A DNA stretch of 62,114 nucleotides, the filler included, from Babesia bigemina (Eukaryota): NCBI RefSeq assembly GCF_000981445.1. It is 8 parts of 8 records of this genome, joined end to end, with 100 filler letters (N's around TTAATTAATTAA, not from the genome) between each part and the next. Parts side by side here need not be neighbours in the genome. Positions count along the whole stretch, not along the records: positions 9,670 to 23,530 come from NW_012236972.1; positions 23,631 to 42,255 come from NW_012236973.1; 6 more parts are not named here. The stretch is one strand, 5' to 3'. Within the stretch, counting starts at the first letter, position 1. Each line of letters starts with the position of its first letter. A program made the translations under genes and the position numbers. Of the stretch, positions 19,401 to 29,100 are shown piece by piece. Below the pieces are notes generated by a model. That model worked only from the letters and a program-made list of their open reading frames with translations, did no database searches and was not told where the DNA came from.

Positions 19401-21827
19401 CAGGTCACAACTACAAGTGCGTCGCCATCCTCCGCCTCAACCAAAGAGGTAACCAAATCGCTAAGTAACGTGCAAGGTGCGATTGACATTTTGCTTAGAA
19501 ATCTGACAACATCAAAGCACTTTGATAACATTTTCGTTAATAATCTGCAATCACTGTGCAACGTACTTATCAAATTTATGCCGTCTCACTTTGCCGGGGC
19601 GCCTAACCCTAAGCTGCTGGACGTGATAAAGAGAGGGATGAAAACCTTGTATGAGCAGCTTGATGTGGCGTACGTGAGTGCGTACTCTGGTGATTATTGG
19701 AGCAAGAAAGACGCCCAGAAGTATGCAAGTGTCATTCTGAGCTTCTTGCCCATTATATATGGTGACTTGGGTACGGTTAATAATTACTGTCGCGAGGAAT
19801 GGAAATATCATACGGTGAAAGAAACTAATGGTCTGAATGAATGCTTGACGCGCTGCGGTTATGCAAGTTTTGCAAACCAAGATTCAAAAGGCGGCGAGTT
19901 GATATTGCCTTTGAACAATCGCAGAGGTCAGACAATTCATGCTAAACTGAAACCACCGCTCACAGGATTCACCAACGAACATCTGTCCACGTGTTCATCG
20001 AATACATCGAATATACAAACTGGCTTCAATATGTTTGACATTATCGATTGTCTCATTTACCATCTCAAACAATATTACAATGTATGCCATTTGAACCTTT
20101 CAAAATCAAAATTCCATCCCTCCACAATTCGTGGCATGCTCTCATGGTTTGGTGGCTTACCGTATAATTCAGTGTTCACTAAAGTTAATGGGCACTTTAA
20201 ATCTTTAGCCGCCGAAGAAACGACACAAAAAGACATCAGGATTAAGGAATGCCTTGATAATATTCCCTTCTACTTAACCTCCGTATCCTATGAATGCAAT
20301 CATCTTCTCACAACTATCCAGGGGCACGGTAGCGGCTTCGGCCAGGCTGCGTATCCCTACGCCTGCAATTTCCTAGACAATTCGCAATGTTTCGTTTATC
20401 CGTCCGACATTTCTAGCTTATTAGATATGCTTACGGAAATATGTGCTCGTTTGTTATCTTCACTCTACTTCCTGTATAGCCGATGTCGTACACCATCCCA
20501 GGTACATGGGTGGCGTGAGTGCTGGTACGGTAAGAGCATCGATAGCTTCGACTGGGATTGCAACAAACATTCCGCTGATGCTCCTAATTGCCAACCGAAA
20601 TCTCCATTACAAGCGCACCTAATGGACGGTCTACCCAGCTGCCTACCACATAAATTGACATCCGTCGGCTGCAAAGCCGAATGCAATACGTGTCCTAAAG
20701 GCTCACCGGGTCAGCAGTGTATGACTCCTATGGGCTTCTGGGATCTGACAGACGCAGCCACTGTATTTGGTACAGGAAAGGAAATATCGAACCTGCTGAA
20801 AAGTTTTTGCGGAAACGCGGATTCACCTCTGCCAACTCTGTTTCGTTATCTTAAAACCATGAACCCCTCACCTCCGAAGAATTTGGGTGACATGTTGTCT
20901 TTGTATTGCCAACTCTTTCAAGAACATAACGGGAAATACATGGATAACACTGCGCTCAAAAAGCACTTGGTCGACGTTACAATACCAGGGTGCTTCCCAC
21001 TTCCGACCTTCCTGCATGGAGATTATCCTGTGTCTAAATTAACAGACGCAGTGCAAAACGTATACAATTCAGGAAGTGGCCACCCTAAGCCAACGGTAAA
21101 AGACGCCATAACTCCCGGTCACAAGGATTTGTTAAGTCTAGTTACTAAGTCTTCATGCGACTCACCTAACCTATGCGCCCCTTACCTCCATCCCCTCTGC
21201 AAAAATGCATACCATACCTTTCCCACGAAGCACGCAAATTTGTATTTCTCATGGTGCACTTATCTTGCCTGGGAGTTCTGGAATTTACTTGACGAATTAC
21301 TCAACGCATTCAAAAACATGTCGTGCCAAGCGTACGGTTGTTCATCATGCAACTGCTCGTCTGGCAAGCATGGAGTCTGTGAAGCTAATCCAACCGGACC
21401 AGCCAAACCCACTAAACCAAGTTGCCATTGTACATCCATCGTTGGCTGCAAAGGTGTCTTGTCGTTATTCAACAAATACGGGCTTACCTTCCGTATACCC
21501 GGAGAGCTGACCAAAAATGATAATAAAAGAACGTGTGAAAACTTCGTCAAACAAATGACAAAAGTGTTGTACGATGGACACTTCAGCACCTTGTTTGAAG
21601 AAATAGATAAATTCATCTTTGCCATCAGACAGCCCTTCATCTGGCTGAACGTCGCCCTCTGGCTCCTCTCCTTCCTCTACCTCCTCCACATCATGGTCAT
21701 CCGCCTCGACCTGCTCCACATCAAATCGCATCTACATAGTCCCTCGAGTCATCGCATCGCTGCTCAGTCACTACTTGCTGCCGCACGCGTTAACAAATTG
21801 GGGAAAGTGTTTTATCTGCAACCATAA
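16440..21827 (+). CDS. ves: ves/VESA1-like variant surface antigen, copy C (tail type 2, RVNKLGKVFYLQP); 5' truncated, first ATG 16656
   Basis: Frame of ORF 16575 extends upstream as SLNAEKEKLSCPFKYSDKETYCQYY, homologous to copy F; hub motif; TM. Confidence 0.85.
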   Translation, partial: SLNAEKEKLSCPFKYSDKETYCQYYDSRIKKCQEASKADDRKKSILQNTIDICTKSKEACEKQHNKYPESQAMKDIQSKLDQVENLQKNLKGLTENDNCKNLLENLCSGLEKFLGFDSASKGYTGQGIVYSDLDRLCDGVMGFLNGVLEGVKDDEAVKTYKDLTEITDYVQKSIGKGYGIEGFRNAVAMLQNGLMFYHESFDTLTSSVTNNLEKLSRNLSGDYKSGINDNQDIVNQLYSWRSTIKTIQSNVKTIEVEKTYKLDNVLKKEINAELKPVKMLVEHLKRVAENTGFESKVMAVDSEFRNKEDHVREQIRQQSAVLHGRLNNNFEEINRKIHVIGKVRDDELEHLLKLMRELVQISDSSYKAVKKLVFEYEKNIVKQLGVIDVMVNGIITDDISKQLQDVSSQISSQLDTLSRQVVILGGLAAEAQMELPQQLSNIESELSKEIELIKQQIISGITLCIKNILGEKIKNKLQWFTGKVAKNDNGDDGLLDLVVSGVHTFADKYSNKSNFEKDVLPIWIANILEAEPVRGYLDKYVGDNGIEKLKAPFNTRGNNGINAKLNEKIKEQMVLKLSDNVTEQATSILPSRPNESIADKLCDVQKLCSKFADELSGTLHPDKLKENGNIFSTLYRAIEGDVKKGTESPNSFHLINALHSLFPALVSAARHVAKELESFTDGGPINLGRNVISAIERVKQLGSTLEKEIQKTDRTHYDIADTLGKQMKDELGAAATKVNFNGSLNPLVNASATKGIEVLNAKINSIIRDKLDDISPSIRGLINRLKNPGNRVGNVRQLVDDLQGKIDNLKSSVSGTDAIANGYIKDQVSSVSQRVADLKLRVTAINEAIEKFDTALRDSLTNATNAVNTTRQQMSDRIDELEGQLTQTAKEAFATVKSAVQSMFAEGHKADLTALQGLVDKQKKAIRKLIDADKEIGLKGLLQAMYTDEGNEIKKLLLDSVSDGERFKKLCEKFNAYLRLIFTYITAQVTTTSASPSSASTKEVTKSLSNVQGAIDILLRNLTTSKHFDNIFVNNLQSLCNVLIKFMPSHFAGAPNPKLLDVIKRGMKTLYEQLDVAYVSAYSGDYWSKKDAQKYASVILSFLPIIYGDLGTVNNYCREEWKYHTVKETNGLNECLTRCGYASFANQDSKGGELILPLNNRRGQTIHAKLKPPLTGFTNEHLSTCSSNTSNIQTGFNMFDIIDCLIYHLKQYYNVCHLNLSKSKFHPSTIRGMLSWFGGLPYNSVFTKVNGHFKSLAAEETTQKDIRIKECLDNIPFYLTSVSYECNHLLTTIQGHGSGFGQAAYPYACNFLDNSQCFVYPSDISSLLDMLTEICARLLSSLYFLYSRCRTPSQVHGWRECWYGKSIDSFDWDCNKHSADAPNCQPKSPLQAHLMDGLPSCLPHKLTSVGCKAECNTCPKGSPGQQCMTPMGFWDLTDAATVFGTGKEISNLLKSFCGNADSPLPTLFRYLKTMNPSPPKNLGDMLSLYCQLFQEHNGKYMDNTALKKHLVDVTIPGCFPLPTFLHGDYPVSKLTDAVQNVYNSGSGHPKPTVKDAITPGHKDLLSLVTKSSCDSPNLCAPYLHPLCKNAYHTFPTKHANLYFSWCTYLAWEFWNLLDELLNAFKNMSCQAYGCSSCNCSSGKHGVCEANPTGPAKPTKPSCHCTSIVGCKGVLSLFNKYGLTFRIPGELTKNDNKRTCENFVKQMTKVLYDGHFSTLFEEIDKFIFAIRQPFIWLNVALWLLSFLYLLHIMVIRLDLLHIKSHLHSPSSHRIAAQSLLAAARVNKLGKVFYLQP

Positions 21828-21950
21828 TCGTACTCACGTGTTTACTATCTACACTCACCTAGCATCACCTACTCACCTAACTTATGAACTGTGCTTTAAT
21901 CTGTTGCATCACTCATTGATCTTTTTATGTGATTGTGTAGTACTTAACTG

Positions 21951-22240
21951 AAGTGCTGACCAAGATGCTGACCAATGCCACGACCAAAGTGCTGACCAAT
22001 GTGCTGACCAACGTGATGACCAAGGTGCTGACCAAAGTGTTGACCAATGTGCTGACCAATGCCACGACCAACGTGCTGACCAACGTGCTGACCAAAGTGC
22101 TGACCAAGGTGCTGACCAATGCCACGACCAAGGTGTTGACCAAGGTGCTGACCAAGGTGGTGATCAATGTGCTGACCAATGTGCTGACCAAGGTGGTGAT
22201 CAATGTGCTGACCAATGTGCTGAACAAGCACCTGACCAAG
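21951..22240 (+). repeat. 12-bp tandem repeat
   Basis: GTGCTGACCAAT/AAG units. Confidence 0.95.
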
Positions 22241-22244
22241 TTAG

Positions 22245-22610
22245 TGGTCACAGCAACGATGACATGGTCACAGCAACGATGACATGGTCACGGCAGCGAT
22301 GACATGGTTATGGTCACGGCAGCGATGACTAGGTCACGGCAGCGATGACTAGGTCACGGCAGCGATGACTGGTCACGGCAGCGATGACATGGTCACGGCA
22401 GCGATGACATGGTCACGGCAGCGATGACAGTGGTGACGGCAGCGATGAAATGGTCACGGCAGCGATTACATGGTTACGGCAGCGATGTCATAAACACGGC
22501 AGCGATGACTGGTCACGGCAGCGATGTCATGGTCACGGCAGCGATGTCATGGTCACGGCAGCGATGACATGGACACGGCAGCGATGACATGGTTACGGCA
22601 GCGATGACAT
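22245..22610 (+). repeat. 20-bp tandem repeat
   Basis: Tandem units. Confidence 0.95.
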
Positions 22611-22622
22611 AAGTGGTGATTA

Positions 22623-23530
22623 TTATCCACTCTACATCGCTCCCTAACACACTCCACATCGCTCCCTAACCCACTCTACATCACTCCCTAACCCACTCTA
22701 CATGACTCCTTAACCCACTCTACATCGCTCCATAACCCACTCTACATCGCCCCTTTACCCACCCTACATCGCTCCTTAACCCACCCTACATCGCTCCCTA
22801 ATCCACTCTACATCGCCCCTTTACCCACTCTACATCGCTCCCTAACCCACTCTACATCGCTCCCTAACCCACTCTACATCGCTCCTTTATCCACTCCACA
22901 TCGCTCCCTAACCCACTCTACATCGCTCCCTAACCCACTCTACATCGCCCTTTTACCCACTTTACATCGCCCCCTTATCCACTCTACATCGCGTCCTTTA
23001 CCCACTCTACATCGCCCCTTAACCCACTCTACATCGCTCCTTAACCACTCCACATCGCTCCCTAACCCACTCTACATCGCCCTTTTATCCACTCTACATC
23101 GCTCCCTAACCCACTCTACATCGCTCCCTAATCCACTCTACATCGCCCCTTTACCCACTCCACATCGCCCCTTATCCACTCTACATCGCCCCTTTACCCA
23201 CTCTACATCGCTCCCTAACCCACTCTACATCGCCCCTTTATCCACTCTACATCGCTCCCTAACCCACTCCACATCGCCCCTTTATCCACTCCACATCGCC
23301 CCTTATCCACTCTACATCGCTCCTTTACCCACTCTACATCGCTCCCTTATCCACTCCACATCGCCCCTTTACCCACTCTACATCGCTCCCTAATCCACTC
23401 CACATCGCCCCTTTATCCACTCTACATCGCTCCCTAACCCACTCTACGTCGCTCCTTAACCCACTCTCCATCGCTCCCTAATCCACTCCACATCGCCCCT
23501 TTACGCACTCCACATCGCTCCCTAATACAC
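22623..23530 (+). repeat. 22-bp telomere-like satellite
   Basis: About 40 units running into gap. Confidence 0.95.
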
Positions 23531-23630
23531 NNNNNNNNNNNNNNNNNNNNNNNNNNNNNNNNNNNNNNNNNNNNTTAATTAATTAANNNNNNNNNNNNNN
23601 NNNNNNNNNNNNNNNNNNNNNNNNNNNNNN
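23531..23630. other. Artificial contig spacer
   Basis: 44N+TTAATTAATTAA+44N. Confidence 0.98.
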
Positions 23631-24326
23631 GGGGCGATGTAGAGTGGGTTAGGGAGCGATGTAGAGTGGATAAAGGGGCGATGTAGAGTGGGTTAAGGGG
23701 CGATGTAGAGTGGGTTAGGGAGCGATGTAGAGAGGATAAGGGGCGATGTAGAGTGGATTAGGGAGCGATGTAGAGTGGATAAGGGAGCGATGTAGAGTGG
23801 GTTAAGGAGCGATGTAGTGTGGGTTAAGGAGCGATGTAGAATGGGTTAAAGGGCGATGTAGAGTGGATAAAGGAGCGATGTGGAGTGGGTAAAGGGGCGA
23901 TGTAGAGTGGATAAAGGGGCGGTCTAGAGTGGGTTAAGGGGCGATGTAGAGTGGGTTAGGAGCGATGTAGAGTGGATTAAGGGGCGATGTAGAGTGGATA
24001 AGGGAGCGATGTGGAGTGGGTAAGGGGCGATGTAGAGTGGGTTAAGGGGCGATGTAGAGTGGGTTAGGGAGCGATGTAGAGTGGGTTAGAGAGCGATGTA
24101 GAGTGGATAAAGGAGCGATGTGGAGTGGGTTAGGGAGCGATGTAGAGTGGATAAAGCAGCGATGAAGAGTGGATAAGGGGCGATGTAGAGTGGGTAAGGG
24201 AGCGATGTAGAGTGGGTTAAGGGGCGATGTAGAGTGGATAAAGGAGCGATGTGGAGTGGGTTAAGGGGCGATGTAGAGTGGGTTAAGGAGCGATGTGGAG
24301 TGGATAAAGGGGCGATGTAGAGTGGG
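23631..24326 (-). repeat. 22-bp telomere-like satellite
   Basis: G-rich on + strand. Confidence 0.95.
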
Positions 24327-24347
24327 TGATAAATACCACTTAGCTCA

Positions 24348-24459
24348 CCATGTCATCGCTGCCGTTACCATGTCATCGCTGCCGTGACCTAGTCATCGCT
24401 GCCGTAACCAGTCATCGCTGCCGTGACCATGTCATCGCTGCCGTGTCCATGTCATCGCT
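24348..24459 (-). repeat. 20-bp tandem repeat
   Basis: Fused directly to the 75-bp array. Confidence 0.9.
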
Positions 24460-24982
24460 GACGCTCCCACTCCCCTCAACCTGCGAACATATCAGTCACC
24501 TATCAACGCACTCACCAACTGCAACACTACCACTGCCGCTCCCAGTCCCCTCAACCTACTAACATATCAATCACCTAGCAACGCACTCACCAACTGCAAC
24601 ACGTACACTGCCGCTCCCAGTCCCCTCAACCTGCGAACATATCAATCACCTAGCAACGCACTCACCAACTGCAACACGTGCCACTGCCGCGCCCAGTCCC
24701 GTCAGCCTGCGAACATATCAATCACTCAAGCAACACTCACCAACCGCAACACTACCACTGCCGCTCCCAGTCCCCTCAGCCTGCAAACTTATCAATCACT
24801 CGAGCAGCACTCACCAACTGCAACACTACCACTGCCGCTCCCAGTCCCCTCAACCTGCAAGCATATCAGTCACTCAAGCAACGCACTCACCAACTGCAAC
24901 ACGTGCCACTGCCGCGCCCACTCCCCTCAACCTGCGAGCATATCAATAACTCAAGCAACGCACTCACCAACTGCAACACGTA
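24460..24982 (-). repeat. ~75-bp tandem repeat (~7 units), no small gene attached
   Basis: Same unit as 1400-2165. Confidence 0.95.
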
Positions 24983-25459
24983 CCTCACCCCTGTGTCCCC
25001 CCAGCCCGGGCCACCGACACCCACGCTGACCAGGATACCACAGCTGCGCCTAACACGACGCATGTGATCAGCAGCAACTGTCACTCTATATTATTCACTA
25101 TTCGCAACGCCATCAAAATCGCAACGAGCCCCGTGCGCTCAACTCCCACGGTGCAGCAGCACCGTGCTACCAGCCGCGGTATCGGCGCCATGCTGGCGGA
25201 GCGTGTCCCCTACGTGCCTAAATGTAATATTAACAATCGCTACCTTGCCGCCTATAAATGCTACCTAACCAGACCAACGCGGATTACGCCACGTGCCAGT
25301 GACTCGCAACACACGACTTAGGTCACCCGCCGCGGCCCTCACGACCGCCTACGTTAGCGACCAATCACCCAGCCACACGTGACACTCACTCAATGGGCAA
25401 CGCGGACACCTCTCACAGTCAACGCACAACTCAACGCACCTACCAAATTACGGTTCATC
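24983..25459 (-). other. ~500-bp conserved GC-rich element (copy 2)
   Basis: Homologous to 2165-2677. Confidence 0.85.
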
Positions 25460-26005
25460 TGCTAGCTTAGCACTTTGCCTGGTTGCTTGCTTAGCACTTT
25501 GCCTGAGTGCCAGCTTACCACTTTGCCTGGGTGCCAGCTTAGCACTTTGCCTGACTGCTAGGTCAACACTTTGCCTGGTTGCTAGGTCAGCACTTTGCCT
25601 GGTTGCTAGCTCAGCACTTTGCCTGTTTGCTAGGTTAGCATGTTGTCTAGGTGCTAGCTTAGCACTTAACCTGGGTGCCAGCTTACCACTTAGCCTGGGT
25701 GCTAGGTTACCACGTTGCCTGTGTGCTAGCTTACCACTTAGCCTGGGTGCTAGGTTTACACTTAGCCTGGGTGCCAGTTTAGCACTTTGCCTGGGTGCCA
25801 GCTTATCACTTTGCCTGGGTGCTAGGTTAGCACGTTGCCTGGTTGCCAGCTTAGCACTTCGCCTGGTTGCTAGCTTAGCACGTTGCCTGGGTGCTAGCTT
25901 AGCACTTAGCTTGTGTGCTAGCTTAGCACTTAGCCTGGTGCCAGCTTACCACTTAGCCTGGTTGCGAGTTTAACAGCTTGCCTGGGTGCTAGCTTAGCAC
26001 TTTGC
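25460..26005 (-). repeat. 24-bp tandem repeat
   Basis: Tandem units. Confidence 0.95.
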
Positions 26006-26153
26006 ATTGTCGTGTAGTCATCACCTAATCCAGGTGCTGTCTAGTTCACAGGTTGCCGCTAGAGTAATTCGAGACATTAGACTACGTTTGTTATTTAGGT
26101 GAGTAGGTGATTCGCTAAGTGAGTAGTTACGTGAATTACAAATGTGACGATGA

Positions 26154-29100
26154 TCACGGTTGAAGGTACGATATCTTGGCAAGCCTTCCGACTTGCGCAG
26201 CAGCCAACAATGACTGCGCCGTTATCCTGTGCGATGATGGTGATCTCAGGTGTGAGCGGATGTGGAGCACATCCAGTCTGCCAACCATGACGCAGATGAG
26301 GTAGAAGAGGGATAGTGACCAGAGCGCGAGAACCAAGTAGGTGAACGGTTCTCTGATAGTCCAAATGAATATGTCACATTCTTTGAACAGCTTAACAAAA
26401 TATTCCGATTTCAACACCTTGTCCAGCTGAGAGCAGAAATCAGAACACTTCTTAGCCGATGCCTCGTTATTTAATGTCGCCGCGTTACCAAAACAGAAAC
26501 CGAACTGGTACAGTGTTGCGGATACACCCTTGCACTGAACCATCGATGGACAATTGCAATGAGGCTTGTCAGGTTGATTCTCAACTTTCTCGACGAGGCC
26601 ATGCTGTCCACGCTTACATTTCTCAGCACGCAGACACGTATGGCATCCCCAGTCTTGGCAGAAAATGTTCTTGAATGCGTTACACAAATTATTCAGTTGA
26701 TTCCAGAAATCCCACGGCAGGTAGACAGCCCATGTAAGGTACGTGGCAAAGTTCTTATGAACAAGGTATTGATACGTGTCCGAACACAGTGTGGATAGGT
26801 ATGGAGCGCAGCGCATATCCCTGTCGGTGCAACTTCTAGTCATGCATAGGCTAGATACATCGGCATAGACTTCGAGATGATTTTGATCTTGGTGCTCATG
26901 CTGACTGCTGCCATAAGCGTCACGAAGTACATTGGTAAGCTTACCCGTGTCAGTGCAGAGCTTAATGGAGAGCGTCTGAATAGATGCTTCAATCTTAGTT
27001 TGTGATACTGGTTTTATACCTGCATCAGTAATATAAGATGCAACTTTGACCCACTTATTAACCAAGCTTAACCCGAAACTGAAATGCTCCGGCAGCGTTT
27101 TCGGCGGAGTTGGTGACAAGCCAAACAATGATGAAACCACGCCACTACCTAAGAATTCGCGAATTATCTCACATAGCTGACGGCCTGTTTTGGTCGACCC
27201 GGAGAACGCCCTGAAACCCAGCGGTGTGACGCACGGCATTCCCAGCCTGGATGTGGAGGGGCAGGTGGAGCATTTAGATTTGCATCCAACAGACTCCAAT
27301 CTATGTGGCAGGTAGCCGAGTAGAGAGTCACTTAGGTAGTTCATCAATGGCGATGTTGGTTGACAATTTGGTTTGCAATTTGGTTGACAGTTTGGTAGGC
27401 ACGTTACATCGTCCGTTGGCTTGATGTTGCAGTGCGATTTGGTCGTAGGTACGTCCCTGCCGTAGTGGCAGTCGGCCCATCCGTAGTTCTTGTCTGCGAC
27501 ACTGCATCGTTCAAACAAATACCTGAGCGGCTGCAAAATTCTACGGAGGAAGTCAAGCAACATCTGCAAACAATCTTCGCCGGAGCTCGGGTAGTACAGA
27601 TTCAGCGTGTTATTCGAATAGTCGCAAGCGTAGAATGTCGCCGCGTCGCCGTGGCCAACAACGGTGGTAAGCAAATCGTACGATTTCGAACAAAGGTATT
27701 GCAACACCGTCCGTATGCTCTTATACGTGATGGTCTGCGGGTGCGCCTCTAGGTATGACTGCTCGATGTCGAATACGCTGATCTCTCCGTCGCCAGCAAG
27801 CGGCGTATCCGGATTATCAAGCACGTTGGTGAACCCGTCTGATAGCAGCGCCTGGTACGCGGAAGTGTAAGTGAGCCCTGAGAGCCACGCCAGCATCTCG
27901 AAAACGGTACATGGCGTTCTAGGTTTGGGGAGTATAGCGATGTGACATATGGCGTTGTACTGGTCGACGTGATGCAGAATGCATTTGAGAATATCGAAAA
28001 GATTAAAAAGGACGTTAGACTTGCGTTTATTCGATTCGCACTCCTTAAGATGCTCGTTGTCTTTCGCACCTTCGACCCTAAAGCTAAGTCTGTTCGCGAC
28101 GTATTCACCGTTTATGACGCTCTTGTTCTGCAGCTCCCAGTGCTGTTTGTTTTCTGCGGACACCTTAAAGCCGTGCCGTAGGAACAACCTGCCGAGATCA
28201 GAGGACGAGTGAATTTGGTGTCCCTTCAGACTATTGCAATTTATCCTCAAGTCATGCACAGCATCGTAGACTGTGGAAAATGCAGTCAAGAATATCTTAG
28301 CGCAGTATGTAGTCTCCGGGTTATTCTCCCGCTCCCAGTTGACATTGCGGGCGCCGTCGTAGACGGAGACGTATGCCTTTCCAAGCTCACTTACCAGACC
28401 CCTGAAGCCATGGGCAATGGTTTCTAGCAGGGGAGTATTCGGCTCAGAAAATGACTCAGGGTGTAGGCCGTCGATCGCATCGGTCAGTCCGTCCAGCAGT
28501 CTGGGTACGTGATAATCGTACCTGTTGCCGGCTCTGATTTGGTTAACTAATTTCTCGAGTTCATTTTTTACGCAGTCAACAGCGTCCGCGTAGTTGTTTG
28601 TAGACCTCTGAGACGAAGGGTGTTTCTTGGCATGGTTGTCGTTGTTCTGTCTGCCGATCTCTGCTTTAAGGTAGAGGTGGAGTGGTGAGCAGAAATTTTG
28701 GAAGGCCTCGGACAAAGTGTCGAGTTTTAAGTCATCTTTCTTAGGAACGATGTTGGTGTTGAAGCCTTCGTAGAGTTTCTCCATGAAACCTTTGAAGCCA
28801 ATATGCTTGTCATCTTCAATGGCGGCCGGCAGTTTGTCCAACTCCGACTGCAGCTTGGCGACGAATTGCTGTAGCAACAGCTTGACGACCGTCACATGGC
28901 TCTGGACGATGCGTGACGCGAGCTCCTTTTTGACGATGTTGACTTCGCAATTTACGTTTTGTTGAAGTCTTCGAATACACTCGGCCTCCAGTTTAGATGC
29001 TTCTGTGAGGAATGCGTTGGCCATGTCAATGGACGCAGCCAAATCTCCGTCTCTCAACGCTTTAAACTTGCCATGAAGCACTAGTAGGCTTTCTTTGTCT

